A stretch of 64,000 bases of DNA from Minisyncoccota bacterium (GTDB lineage Bacteria > Patescibacteriota > Minisyncoccia > Phycocordibacterales > UBA9973): NCBI GenBank assembly GCA_041664605.1, contig JBAYKO010000002.1:7453-71452 (forward strand), read 5' to 3'. A model generated the notes under the pieces. That model was not told the DNA's origin. It was given only the letters and a program-made list of their open reading frames with translations, and ran no database searches. Position numbers and translations under genes: made by a program. This document shows positions 17,828 to 28,106 of the stretch, in pieces. Each line of letters opens with the position of its first letter. The stretch's first letter is position 1.

Positions 17828-19981
17828 CTATTTTCTTGAAGCAATAATTGTGTCCGCAACGTTTGTAGGCACAACATCGTATCTTAAAAATTCCATAGTA
17901 AAACTGGCTCTTCCTTCAGTCATTGAACGAAGTCCTGTCATATAACCAAACATTTCTGAAAGAGGAACAACAGCATTTAAAACTTTACTCATTCCACGAT
18001 CTTCCATTCCTTCAATGAGTCCTCGTTTTGATGATAAGTTTCCAGTAATATCTCCCATGAATTTTTCTGGTGTAACAACTTCTACTTTCATCATTGGCTC
18101 CAAAATAACAGGTCTTGCTCGTCTACAAGCATCTTGCACCGCCATTGAAGATGCAATTTTGAAAGCCATTTCATTTGAGTCAACTTCGTGATAACTTCCA
18201 TCATAAAGTTCACAAGAAACATTAACCATTCTAAATCCTGCCATAACACCTCTATCTAATCCTTCTTTCAAACCTTTTTCAACAGCAGGAATATATTCTT
18301 GTGGAACAACTCCTCCCTTAATAGAATTAATGAATTCAAATGCACCAGATCTTTTTGTATTCTTAGGAAGTTTTTCAATTTCTTCCTTAGTAAGAATTTT
18401 CATCGGCTTAATTCTAATTCTAACGTGACCGTAGTTTCCGCGTCCACCTGACTGTTTAATATACTTGCCTTCTGCTTCAGATTCTCCTAAAATTGTTTCT
18501 CGGTAAGCAACCTGCGGTTTACCAACATTTGCATCAACAGTAAATTCTCTTTTCATTCGATCAACAATAATTTCCAAGTGTAATTCTCCCATTCCAGCAA
18601 TAATAGTTTCGCCAGTTTCTTGATCAGTTGTAACTTTGAAAGTTGGGTCTTCTTGAGCAAGTCTGTTCAAAGCCATTCCCATTTTTTCTTGGTCAGCTTT
18701 TGTTTTTGGTTCAATACGAAGGTTAATAACTGGTTCAGGGAAAACAATTCTATTTAATTCAACTGGATGATCTTCATCACAAAGAGTATCTGAAGTAATT
18801 GTATCTTTAAGACCAACAGCAGCTGCAATTTCCCCTGCAAAAACTTTTTTCACTTCTTCTCTATCGTTTGCATGCATTCTTAAAATTCTACCAATTCTTT
18901 CTTTGTTTTTTGTTCTTGGATTGTAAACATAAGAACCAGATTCAAGTGTTCCTGAATAAACTCTAAAGAAAATAATTTGCCCTACGAATGGGTCAGTAGC
19001 CACTTTGAAAGCTAGCGCAGAAAAAGGTTCTGAATCAGAAGCATTTCTTATCACCGGTGCATCATCGTGGTCTGGATCTGTCCCTTCTATTGGAGGAATA
19101 TCAAGTGGTGATGGTAAATAATCAACAACACCATCGAGTACCAATTGCACACCTTTGTTTTTTAAAGCTGAGCCTGCATAAACTGGAAAAATTTCATTTG
19201 TAATTACCCCTTTTCTTAATAATTTTTTCAAAATTTCCATATCTGGAATTTTTCCTTCCAAATAATCATTCATTGTTTGGTCATCTTGTTCAACAATTTT
19301 TTCCATAAGTTCATTGTGATATTTTTTCGCCTCTTCAAGCATGTTTTCTGGAATTTCTTTTTCAATAACTTGATTTCCCATATCACCTTCAAAATAATAA
19401 GCTTTCATTTTCAAAAGATCTACAACTCCTTCGTGCTTTTCTTCAAGACCAATAGGAATTTGAACTCTTACTGCCTTTTTTGTAAGTCTGTCTAAAATAG
19501 TTTTGTAGGAATATTCAAAAGATGCACCTGTACGATCAAGTTTATTTATGAAACAAATTCTGGGAACCTTAGCTTCGTCAGCGTAACGCCAGTTGGTCTC
19601 TGATTGAGGTTCAACACCCGCAACTCCATCAAAAACAACAACAGCTCCATCGAGTACTCTTAAAGATCGCTTCACCTCTACAGTAAAATCAATGTGTCCT
19701 GGGGTATCTATAATATTAAAACGATGTTTTTTACTTTTATCTTTTAGATCAGCATAAGTCGGAGTCCAGAAGCAAGTAACAGCAGCTGAGGTAATTGTAA
19801 TACCCCTTTCGCGCTCTTGTTCCATCCAGTCGGTTGTAGTTTCTCCGTCATGAACTTCACCTATCTTGTGTGATACTCCGGTATAGAATAAAACACGCTC
19901 TGTGGTGGTGGTTTTTCCAGCATCAATGTGAGCAATAATTCCTATATTTCTAACTTTTTCTAAAGGGTAATCTCTTTCCAT
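17828..19981 (-). CDS. fusA: Elongation factor G
   Basis: [32 protein letters not shown]. Confidence 0.99.
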   Translation of the reverse strand: MERDYPLEKVRNIGIIAHIDAGKTTTTERVLFYTGVSHKIGEVHDGETTTDWMEQERERGITITSAAVTCFWTPTYADLKDKSKKHRFNIIDTPGHIDFTVEVKRSLRVLDGAVVVFDGVAGVEPQSETNWRYADEAKVPRICFINKLDRTGASFEYSYKTILDRLTKKAVRVQIPIGLEEKHEGVVDLLKMKAYYFEGDMGNQVIEKEIPENMLEEAKKYHNELMEKIVEQDDQTMNDYLEGKIPDMEILKKLLRKGVITNEIFPVYAGSALKNKGVQLVLDGVVDYLPSPLDIPPIEGTDPDHDDAPVIRNASDSEPFSALAFKVATDPFVGQIIFFRVYSGTLESGSYVYNPRTKNKERIGRILRMHANDREEVKKVFAGEIAAAVGLKDTITSDTLCDEDHPVELNRIVFPEPVINLRIEPKTKADQEKMGMALNRLAQEDPTFKVTTDQETGETIIAGMGELHLEIIVDRMKREFTVDANVGKPQVAYRETILGESEAEGKYIKQSGGRGNYGHVRIRIKPMKILTKEEIEKLPKNTKRSGAFEFINSIKGGVVPQEYIPAVEKGLKEGLDRGVMAGFRMVNVSCELYDGSYHEVDSNEMAFKIASSMAVQDACRRARPVILEPMMKVEVVTPEKFMGDITGNLSSKRGLIEGMEDRGMSKVLNAVVPLSEMFGYMTGLRSMTEGRASFTMEFLRYDVVPTNVADTIIASRK

Positions 19982-19988
19982 GATAAAT

Positions 19989-20019
19989 TAGGTTCTAGTA
20001 GCTAGGTTCTAGTTTCTAG
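19989..20019 (-). repeat. Five-unit CTA-N4 heptamer array in fusA leader
   Basis: CTA at 7-nt period, ending 7 nt before ATG. Confidence 0.85.
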
Positions 20020-20135
20020 TGTAAATTAATTTTAAAAAGCGCTAATGCGCTAGAAATAATATACAACAAAGACGTTTTTTTTGCAAAGCAAAAGCCGGGC
20101 TATTCCCGGCTTTTAAAAAAGATCTACTACATTAT

Positions 20136-20423
20136 TTAAGACAAAATAATTTGTCCAAGAACAAGGCGTAAAGAGTTTGGAATACTCATTTGTTCATTTT
20201 TTATGAAATCTTTTATTCTGTCTTTGCACTTAAAGACATTTTTATCCAAAACTTTTACAGCAAAGCTTAGTGCCCTATGGTCTTCTTCCGACCTAAAATC
20301 TTTAGCAATGTTTGAATATTTTCTCATAAGATCAAAACAAAGATCTAATTTCCGGTTTCTTGCTTCATCCCCATCTTCTTTGTCTAGTCTTTTAATGGTT
20401 TTATCTATTTGTGCTATTTCCAT
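20136..20423 (-). CDS. Orphan cassette protein (helical)
   Basis: 95 aa; terminator at 20090-20114; promoter TTGACA-17-TAATCT-6-AGAAAAGTAAATT at 20436-20483. Confidence 0.75.
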   Translation of the reverse strand: MEIAQIDKTIKRLDKEDGDEARNRKLDLCFDLMRKYSNIAKDFRSEEDHRALSFAVKVLDKNVFKCKDRIKDFIKNEQMSIPNSLRLVLGQIILS

Positions 20424-20537
20424 AATGTCTTACTCAATTTACTTTTCTGCCCTAAGATTAATATTTTATTGGTATTTTGTCAAAACCATTCGACAGGCTC
20501 AGGGTAAGACAAAAGCCGGAATTATCCGGCTTTGAAG

Positions 20538-20789
20538 TTAATCAAAAACAATCTTTAATTGAAACGAGTCTCGAGAAAGTAGATTCCATCTATTAACCAT
20601 TTCGTATGGATCATTACCACTAATCGAATAACCGCATATATCGCAAGATATATATCCCTCATCAGGGGCACATCCATCATGTGTTAAATTTCTTGAACCA
20701 CACCTAGGGCAACCACGATAACCATTTTTATCTAGTATGGCACCAGAAAAGATAGCTTGAGCTAATTTTATTTGGTCATCATAGTTCAT
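20538..20789 (-). CDS. Lar-like (restriction alleviation family) zinc-ribbon protein, cassette
   Basis: CPRCGS...YISCDICG...VNRWN fits the Lar-type CPxCG..CxxCG..WN pattern; promoter at 20810-20846, terminator at 20511-20533. Confidence 0.6.
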   Translation of the reverse strand: MNYDDQIKLAQAIFSGAILDKNGYRGCPRCGSRNLTHDGCAPDEGYISCDICGYSISGNDPYEMVNRWNLLSRDSFQLKIVFD

Positions 20790-20928
20790 ATTATTAACTA
20801 TTAAATTTTTCTTCCTTTATCTTATATTTCTAGAGATATTTGTCAAAACCCGTAAATGAGCTCGGGGCAAATTAAAAACCGTTCCAACCTGAGTTGGAAC
20901 GGTTTTTAAAGAACAAAATTGAGAGAAA

Positions 20929-21444
20929 TTAATCATATAATTTTTCAAAGGCTGGAATCCAATAATTTTTTAAAAATCGTGCATAATAACCACAGAGCCC
21001 ACGGTCAAAAGCTATGTATTCTTTTTTTACTCCGTACAAAGTACAAAGCAAAAATGAAGTAATATTTGCCTTAGAACGATTACTACGGGCCGGATCGTTT
21101 TCAAAACTCTTACAGGCCATGCGGTAACTTTCGGCCAATATTAAAATCACGGCTGATTCTTCTACTTTTTTTAAAGAAAGATGAAGAGCATTAAAATCAA
21201 CATTATAGTTAAGATTGAAAACTTTAAGATGGTGTTCTTCTGGGCCCGGATCATAAGAACCAATAAATAACCCTTGAGCCAATAATTCCCTTTTTACTAA
21301 AGACAGTTTTTTGCGGTAAACACTGTTTATGTAAGAAGTGTAACTTTTAAGACATTCTCCTGCTTTTTTCTTGCCATGAGACAAAACTTTTACTTTATTG
21401 TTTTCAAAAATATCAAACAATTTGTCGGTAGTTTCAGTAGCCAT
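20929..21444 (-). CDS. Orphan cassette protein
   Basis: 171 aa; terminator at 20874-20907; promoter TTGACA-16-TAATGT-6-AGA at 21471-21507. Confidence 0.75.
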   Translation of the reverse strand: MATETTDKLFDIFENNKVKVLSHGKKKAGECLKSYTSYINSVYRKKLSLVKRELLAQGLFIGSYDPGPEEHHLKVFNLNYNVDFNALHLSLKKVEESAVILILAESYRMACKSFENDPARSNRSKANITSFLLCTLYGVKKEYIAFDRGLCGYYARFLKNYWIPAFEKLYD

Positions 21445-21577
21445 TTAATTAATATTTATCAAATTTCAAATCTATCTACACATTACATCATAGATATATT
21501 TTGTCAATATTTTAAAAAATCCCCCACCAGAGGCGTGTCGGCCTTTGCGGGGGATTTTTAAATTATTTAAATTAAGA

Positions 21578-22048
21578 TTACCAAGCAAAGTGAGCGAATG
21601 CTTTGTTGGCTTCAGCCATTTTATGAGTATCGTCTCTTTTCTTAATAGCTGCTCCTTCGTTTTTACTTGCTAGGATTAATTCATCTGCAATTCTTTTATC
21701 CATTGATAAACCCTTTTTTGCTCTAGCTGCGGCAATAATCCATCTCATTGAAAGAGTAAGTCTTCTTTCTGGTCTTACTTCTTTTGGAATTTGATAGTTA
21801 GCACCTCCAACTCTTTTTGTTCTTACTTCAAGTAAAGGACCAACATTTTTTATGGCTAAATCAAAAACCTCAAGAGGATTTGGATTTCCTGTTTTTTCTT
21901 TTATTATTTCAAATGCTTGATAAACTGCTTTTCTAGCGGCATTCTTTTTTCCTGACCACATTAAGCAATTTATAAACTTAGATAATTTTTGTGAATTATA
22001 AACTAAGTCTGGCTGGGCGATATTTCTATTTTTTACTTTTCTTCTCAT
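21578..22048 (-). CDS. rpsG: 30S ribosomal protein S7
   Basis: KRVGGANYQIP...HKMAEANKAFAHF. Confidence 0.99.
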   Translation of the reverse strand: MRRKVKNRNIAQPDLVYNSQKLSKFINCLMWSGKKNAARKAVYQAFEIIKEKTGNPNPLEVFDLAIKNVGPLLEVRTKRVGGANYQIPKEVRPERRLTLSMRWIIAAARAKKGLSMDKRIADELILASKNEGAAIKKRDDTHKMAEANKAFAHFAW

Positions 22049-22089
22049 TTTTTATTGTCCGTCACGCCAGCTATAAGCGTTAGGATTAA

Positions 22090-22515
22090 TTATTTTTTAT
22101 CTCCTTTCTTTGGTCTTTTTGCACCATAAGAACTTCTGCTTTGTCTTCTATTTTCAACTCCTGTAGTGTCCAAAACTCCTCTCACAATGTGATATCTTAC
22201 CCCGATTAGGTCTTTAACCCTTCCGCCTCTTAACATTACAACTGAGTGTTCTTGTAGATTGTGACCAATTCCTGGAATATACGCGGTAACCTCTTGTCCA
22301 TTTGTAAGACGAACTCTGGCAATCTTTCGAAGAGCTGAGTTAGGCTTTTTAGGAGTTGTTGTTGTAACTTTAATACACACACCTCTTTTGAATGGAGCAT
22401 TGTATTTTACTGGTCTATTTTTAATACTATTAAAACCGCTTGCAAGTGCAACCGCTTTAGATTTCTTTGAAACTTTCTTTCTTCCTTTTTTAATTAATTG
22501 ATTTACTGTTGGCAT
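22090..22515 (-). CDS. rpsL: 30S ribosomal protein S12
   Basis: [11 protein letters not shown]...GHNLQEHS...GGRVKDL. Confidence 0.99.
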   Translation of the reverse strand: MPTVNQLIKKGRKKVSKKSKAVALASGFNSIKNRPVKYNAPFKRGVCIKVTTTTPKKPNSALRKIARVRLTNGQEVTAYIPGIGHNLQEHSVVMLRGGRVKDLIGVRYHIVRGVLDTTGVENRRQSRSSYGAKRPKKGDKK

Positions 22516-22581
22516 AATTAAACAATCAGTCTCGAAAGACTAGTAAGAATTACTTTACTATTTTAAGTAAAAAAAAGCAAG

Positions 22582-22669
22582 CCCGCACACTTATTTTACT
22601 GTTGGGTGGCTTTTTTAAGCTCAAATTTTTTCTAATTCTATTAAAAACAACAATAAATAAGTGTGTGGG
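22582..22669. mobile_element. 88-bp CCC...GGG inverted-repeat mini-element
   Basis: cccgcacacttattt / aaataagtgtgtggg; flanks CAAG/TAAG. Confidence 0.6.
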
Positions 22670-22837
22670 TAAGTTTTTGTGGATAATAACCCTTGAAATC
22701 TTCCCCAAAAACACTAAAAAGAGTAGAATTAGGACAAAGATCGAGTTTACAAACTTTAAAAATTGATTTCTTAAGTCTACGAGAAATCACCTGTAATATT
22801 TACCCGCCTTTGGCTGGGACAGGTAAAAATTAAAAAT

Positions 22838-23047
22838 ATGAAAACTAAAGATTGTTTTTGGTCTATTGTCGAATTTGCTCTTTGGGTATGGGTTACTTAT
22901 TACTTCTTTTATATGTTGCAAAATCTTTATGAAATAAATTTAATTGAAGCGTCTTTCATATTGGTTATTTCAACATATTTTGCAATGATGGCTTGCCCTT
23001 GGTTAAGAAAAACTAGTGCATGGAAAGAACTTTGGAAAAAAGATTAG
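22838..23047 (+). CDS. Small membrane protein (2 TM)
   Basis: 69 aa hydrophobic; followed by terminator at 23068-23108. Confidence 0.7.
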   Translation: MKTKDCFWSIVEFALWVWVTYYFFYMLQNLYEINLIEASFILVISTYFAMMACPWLRKTSAWKELWKKD

Positions 23048-23112
23048 TAGATATAAAATCTAAAAATAAAAAACAACCCCCACTAAAGCATAGTGGGGGT
23101 TGTTTTTTATTT

Positions 23113-23718
23113 TTAGACGCCTGTTATAAAGTGAAAAATAACATAAATTAGAGGGGCAAAATATTGCCAAAGGAAAAAAATAAAGAAAAGTAAGACAAAT
23201 ATAGAATACTGCTCTAAAAATATTTCAACTTTTCTATATTTATAAGAGAGAAAAGAAAAAAGAATTTTTGAACCATCAAGTGGAGGAATAGGAATAAGAT
23301 TAAAAAATCCAAGTAAGATGTTTATAAAAACAATCATTTCTAAAATACCTTTAAATGAATCTGTAACAGGGAAAAATCTTATTATGAGGCCTAAAACTAT
23401 AGCTAATATAAAATTGGATATTACCCCAGCAGAAGCAACAATTACTGTACCCCATTTTCTATCTCTTAGATTAGCAGGATTATAAGGAACTGGACGAGCC
23501 CAACCGAAAATCCCACCGTTCGTTGTTAAGGCAAAAATGAAAGGCACTGCAACTGAGCCAATAGGATCTATATGTTTTAGTGGGTTCAAAGTTAATCTTC
23601 CAGCTCTTTCTGCTGTTTCATCGCCACAATATTTTGCTGCATATCCATGAGATATTTCATGAATTACCACAGACATAATAAGTATCACTACTTTAAATAT
23701 AATATCTATTACTTGCAT
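23113..23718 (-). CDS. Site-2 protease (M50 family)
   Basis: HEISH, NPLKHID, NLIPIPPLDG motifs. Confidence 0.95.
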   Translation of the reverse strand: MQVIDIIFKVVILIMSVVIHEISHGYAAKYCGDETAERAGRLTLNPLKHIDPIGSVAVPFIFALTTNGGIFGWARPVPYNPANLRDRKWGTVIVASAGVISNFILAIVLGLIIRFFPVTDSFKGILEMIVFINILLGFFNLIPIPPLDGSKILFSFLSYKYRKVEIFLEQYSIFVLLFFIFFLWQYFAPLIYVIFHFITGV

Positions 23719-23913
23719 ATGATTGTCTCTTATGTTAACATAATTTAACAAAATAATAAAAATTCGTATGGCGACCCCGCCCTAATTTTGACATTTAGAT
23801 TAAGGTGGTAAACGAAATGAATTAAGTAAATTATAAATTTTAAAGATAGATAGATTGAGCATCAAAATTAGGGCGGGGTGCTCATAAAATATATTCGCTA
23901 CGCTCATTATTTT

Positions 23914-24159
23914 ATGGCAAAAACTTGTGCAATATCTAAAAAAGGATCAAAAGTTACTGGAGGATACAGTAATCGTGTTCGTGCTACAAAATTTAACCCG
24001 ACAGGAAAAGTTAGAAAATATCCTAATATGCAAAAGAAAAGAATCTTTGTTCCAGAATTAAATAAAACCGTAACTGTAAATATCTCAACAACAGGAATCA
24101 GGACAATAAACAAAAACGGTGCTTATGTTACTCTAAAAAAAGCTGGTTTAATAAAATAA
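23914..24159 (+). CDS. rpmB: 50S ribosomal protein L28
   Basis: MAKTCAIS...RKYPNMQKKR...ISTTGIRTI. Confidence 0.9.
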   Translation: MAKTCAISKKGSKVTGGYSNRVRATKFNPTGKVRKYPNMQKKRIFVPELNKTVTVNISTTGIRTINKNGAYVTLKKAGLIK

Positions 24160-24203
24160 AATTCACTTTATAATAAAAAACTCTATTTATATAGAGTTTT
24201 TTA

Positions 24204-25097
24204 TTATTTTATTTTTAGAATCTCCCCGTCTGTTTCAAACTCAATTGTTCCGACATCAGCGGTGTTAAAATAATTAATTCCTCGTTTCTGAAGTCTATCT
24301 AATGTTTCTTTATGTGGATGCCCATAAGAATTATTTTTACCTGAAGAAATAACTGCATATTGCGGATTTACAGATTCTAGAAATAATTCACTGCTTGAGG
24401 TTTTTGATCCGTGGTGAGCCAATTTTAAAACACTAGCTTGTAAAGAATTTTTATAATGATTAAACATATAAGCCTCTGTAATTTTGGGCGAATCGCCAGT
24501 AAACAAGAATGATTCATTTCCATAAATAAGCTTGGCAACAACAGAAGATTCATTGCTGTCTAGATCAGAAACATCTCTATCAGGAAATAAAATATCTAAA
24601 TGAATACTATTTTTTTGATCCAAAATAATTTTTTGCCCTGTCCTTGCTAAAATTTTTTCTGTTTTTTGTTTTTTAAAACCAAAAAGTGAAATCTTTTGAG
24701 TATTTATTAGATTTTCTAATTCAGCATAAACTTTAGAAGTAGAGGTATTTCCAGATTCTAAAATCTTCCCAACTTTATAATTCTTTAAAACAAAAGGAAG
24801 TCCGCCGATATGATCTTTGTCTGAATGAGAAACAATTATTGCATCAATGGTTCTATCATAAAATGGCATTACTTCACTTAATTTTCTTAAAACTTTTTTA
24901 TCAGGACCACCATCAATTAAAATTTGATAACCATTTGGTGCTTCAATAAAAATACTATCTCCTTGTCCCACATCCAAATAATAAACTTTTAAATTAGTAT
25001 TGTTTTCTGTAACATAGATTTCTCGCCAAATAAAAATTCCACCAATAACCAGTGTTAAAATTAAAATCGGCAATAAAAATTTTCTAAATTTTTCCAT
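24204..25097 (-). CDS. ComEC-associated metallo-beta-lactamase-fold protein
   Basis: DVGQGD, SHSDKDHIGG, HHGS, YGHPH. Confidence 0.93.
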   Translation of the reverse strand: MEKFRKFLLPILILTLVIGGIFIWREIYVTENNTNLKVYYLDVGQGDSIFIEAPNGYQILIDGGPDKKVLRKLSEVMPFYDRTIDAIIVSHSDKDHIGGLPFVLKNYKVGKILESGNTSTSKVYAELENLINTQKISLFGFKKQKTEKILARTGQKIILDQKNSIHLDILFPDRDVSDLDSNESSVVAKLIYGNESFLFTGDSPKITEAYMFNHYKNSLQASVLKLAHHGSKTSSSELFLESVNPQYAVISSGKNNSYGHPHKETLDRLQKRGINYFNTADVGTIEFETDGEILKIK

Positions 25098-25147
25098 ATG
25101 ACTTTATAAACCCTGGTAGTATAAAAATTTATCGAATGTATAAATTT

Positions 25148-26659
25148 TTAACTACGGGGCATGCTTTCTACTTTATAACTTTTTAAATATGGTTTTAATA
25201 AATAAAATCCCAAAGCTAGATAAATTATTAAAACTAAAATCAATGGGAATTTATTAATTGTAATCGAAGAAAAACCAAGTGAGGCTAAAAATTTAACTAC
25301 AAAAAGTTCATAGTGAAGTAATAAATATGAAATTGATGAAAATGGAAAAGCTAAAATTGTCGAAACAAAACCAAAAACCCCGGTCAAAAGTCCAAAAAGC
25401 ATAGTGGCTGGAATAAATGGAAGGATAAGTAAGTTTGCTGGTAATGAAACAATGGAAAGAATTCCCATCTTATATAAAATGAAAGGTAAAACGAAAAATT
25501 GAGTGGCTAGGGTTGCTGAGACTAATTCTCGTAAACCAAATTTTTTTGGTAAAAACATTAAGTGTTTTTCAACCCTTGGTGTTAAATAAATAATTCCAAT
25601 TGTCGCTAAAAATGAAAGTTGAAAAGATACATCAAAAGCCAAAATCCACGGATTTTGCAAAAGCATCAAAAATCCAACAATAAAAATTGCTCTGGTAATA
25701 TTTGAACTTCTACCAAGTAAACGAGCAACTAATACTAGTATCGCCATAAGTGATGCACGAATTACTGTCGCACCAGCACCAGTCATTAAGGCAAATAAAA
25801 TTATTGCCCCAATCCCAAAATAAATAGAAAGGGTGATTGGCAAAAAGCCAAAAAACTTCATTATATTTTCTGCAACAATTGTCACGTTATAACCAGATAA
25901 AGCAATCACATGAATTGTTCCAGTTTTCACAAAATCTTGTTTCAAATCATCACCCAGCGATTGCTTTGTTCCAAGTAAAATTCCTCCCATAAAAGATGCT
26001 TCTGGGTCAGGAATTGTTCTTGAAATAATATTTAAAAATCCATTTTTTAATCCTAAAAGTCCACGCATTATAAAATTTCCATTTCCACGAGAAATAATTT
26101 CAATTTTTGGATAATTGATTTGATAAAAAATTCCATCTTTTCTTAAATATGAAACATAATCAAAAGTCTGGCCATTTTCATTTTCAAAGTTTGATGGAAT
26201 TTTTAAGGTTCCGTTTATTTGTATTCGGTCCCCATAATAAAAAGTCGGAAACATTTCAGTTGTAATTAAGGCTTTTGAGTTTACGAGAATTTCTTTATTC
26301 TCAACAACGACATTTTCTAATTTAACTTCTAGTTTTATATTTTTATCTCTTTGATCTGGCTCATCATTTATTGTTCCAATTAAAGAAACTTTTGAATTTA
26401 TAGAATTGTTTAAAACCTGATCTCCATTATTTAAATCAGAAATATGAAACCTTAAAATTCCTAAACTTAAAGCTATTAGAAAAATAGCTATAAAAAAAGC
26501 TGGCTTTTGTGTTTCTTTAAACAAAAAATGGAGCAGAAAAACTATCACTGAAATCAGAGCTAGAAAAATAATAACTGACCATCCTAAATTAAAAAATGAC
26601 CGAAACAAAATGCCCAGGGCAAAACCTATCACAAAAATGTAAAGTTTATTAGGATTCAT
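25148..26659 (-). CDS. comEC: ComEC/Rec2 competence membrane protein
   Basis: GTIHVIALSGYNV, RASLMA, FQLSFLAT. Confidence 0.93.
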   Translation of the reverse strand: MNPNKLYIFVIGFALGILFRSFFNLGWSVIIFLALISVIVFLLHFLFKETQKPAFFIAIFLIALSLGILRFHISDLNNGDQVLNNSINSKVSLIGTINDEPDQRDKNIKLEVKLENVVVENKEILVNSKALITTEMFPTFYYGDRIQINGTLKIPSNFENENGQTFDYVSYLRKDGIFYQINYPKIEIISRGNGNFIMRGLLGLKNGFLNIISRTIPDPEASFMGGILLGTKQSLGDDLKQDFVKTGTIHVIALSGYNVTIVAENIMKFFGFLPITLSIYFGIGAIILFALMTGAGATVIRASLMAILVLVARLLGRSSNITRAIFIVGFLMLLQNPWILAFDVSFQLSFLATIGIIYLTPRVEKHLMFLPKKFGLRELVSATLATQFFVLPFILYKMGILSIVSLPANLLILPFIPATMLFGLLTGVFGFVSTILAFPFSSISYLLLHYELFVVKFLASLGFSSITINKFPLILVLIIYLALGFYLLKPYLKSYKVESMPRS

Positions 26660-26696
26660 CTAACTTTATAAACTTTTTACTTTATAACTTTATACT

Positions 26697-27419
26697 CTAA
26701 AAACCCCATTCCTTTAAAATTTCTTTTTCTTCTTCAGCACTTTTTGCTTTTTTATATTTTACTCCAGAAACTCCTTTAACTTTTTTCTCACACTCTGCCC
26801 AAGTTTTCCATTTATAAATTTTCCCTTTAATTAAACTGAGATATGAGTAGGCTGGCCCAATATTTTTCTTATTTTTTGTCGGTGGTTTTTTTTTGCTTAC
26901 AATATCATGAAAATAAATTTCAAATTTTTCTTCATAGTCTTTTAGTTTTCCTTCATATAATTCAACTGGTTTCATCATAGCGAAACTCGTAGCGATAACA
27001 TCAGCCCTTTCATTTCCATCTACTCCACTGTGCCCTTTTATTTTCTCCCATTTTATCTTGCCTAACTTTAATCTCTTTTTATTAACTAAAGAAAGTTCTT
27101 GCCATAAATCTTTATTCAAAACTTCATTTTTGTCTTTTGTGATCCAATTATTTTTTTCCCAACCATAAATCCAACTAGTTATTCCGTTTAAAACATAGGC
27201 TGAATCTATATATATTAAAACATCTCCTTTTTTATTTCCTAAATATAAAAGTGCTTCTACAACAGCCCGTATCTCCATTCGATTATTAGTAGTATGTTTT
27301 TCCATTCCACCAAGTTCATTTATTTTATTTTTTTCTGAATCACAGATAATCGCCCCAAAACCTCCCGGCCCTGGATTTCCAAGTGAACTTCCATCAGTGA
27401 ATATTGTAAACTTTTGCAC
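26697..27419 (-). CDS. rnhA: Ribonuclease HI with C-terminal hybrid-binding (viroplasmin-like) domain
   Basis: TDGSSLGNPGPGG, TNNRME, KGHSG..GNERAD; C-terminal TWAECEKKVKGVSGVKYK. Confidence 0.93.
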   Translation of the reverse strand: MQKFTIFTDGSSLGNPGPGGFGAIICDSEKNKINELGGMEKHTTNNRMEIRAVVEALLYLGNKKGDVLIYIDSAYVLNGITSWIYGWEKNNWITKDKNEVLNKDLWQELSLVNKKRLKLGKIKWEKIKGHSGVDGNERADVIATSFAMMKPVELYEGKLKDYEEKFEIYFHDIVSKKKPPTKNKKNIGPAYSYLSLIKGKIYKWKTWAECEKKVKGVSGVKYKKAKSAEEEKEILKEWGF

Positions 27420-27450
27420 TTAATTATTGTATCATATTTTTAATAAATGT

Positions 27451-27490
27451 ATTGTCAACAAACTTTGCGATAGCGAAATTTATTGACAAT
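27451..27490. promoter_or_regulatory. 40-bp imperfect palindrome overlapping the -35 of the PaaX-like gene
   Basis: attgtcaacaaactttgcgatagcgaaatttattgacaat; inverted copy at 28035-28078. Confidence 0.7.
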
Positions 27491-27517
27491 AGTAAATTTA
27501 TAAAATAAAATATAAAC

Positions 27518-28003
27518 ATGACTATTATAGAAAAAATATTAAATGAAATAGAAAAAACTTCTTTAAATTATAAAGGTGTTAGGGTTAATCTTTTAGGTAT
27601 ACCTCAATTTAAGAAATATTCTCCAAATTCAATAAAAACAACATTGTCTAAAATGAAAAAAGATGGGTTTATTAAACAAAATGATAATAATTGGCAAGTT
27701 ACTAATTTAGGGAAAAAATATATTAAAAGAAAAGCAGAATCATTATTAAATTTTGAATCTACTTTTGCAAAAAATGAACCTAAAAATCTTATTGTTATGT
27801 TCGATATTCCTGAGCCACAAAAAGCGGAAAGGGATTGGTTTCGTTGGAATTTAAAAAAATTTGGTTATATTATGATTCAAAAAAGTGTTTGGGTTGGTCC
27901 ATCTCCATTACCAAAAGATTTTCTAGATTATTTAGAAAAAATAAAACTTGAAAAATCAGTTAAAACTTTCAAATTAGCAAAACCCTATAATTCTAAATCT
28001 TAA
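27518..28003 (+). CDS. PaaX-like protein (wHTH plus Cas2-like ferredoxin domain)
   Basis: wHTH-like N-terminus; IVMFDIPE...R..LKKFGY..IQKSVWV; TTGACA-17-TAAAAT-6-ATG suggests a leaderless mRNA. Confidence 0.8.
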   Translation: MTIIEKILNEIEKTSLNYKGVRVNLLGIPQFKKYSPNSIKTTLSKMKKDGFIKQNDNNWQVTNLGKKYIKRKAESLLNFESTFAKNEPKNLIVMFDIPEPQKAERDWFRWNLKKFGYIMIQKSVWVGPSPLPKDFLDYLEKIKLEKSVKTFKLAKPYNSKS

Positions 28004-28106
28004 ATTATATTTAAAAATGGTTTAAGTTTATTAATAATTATCAATAAACTACGCTATCGCGAAACTTATTGATAATTAAATTAGTAATATTAATTACAAC
28101 CATAAT

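Noticed and set aside
14420-21444. Prophage remnant explaining the orphan ORFs
   Set aside because: No structural, terminase, integrase or replication genes; orphans are interleaved with core genes such as fusA
27518-28003. Possible CRISPR cas2
   Set aside because: Has an N-terminal wHTH (PaaX-like); no array or other cas genes in the window
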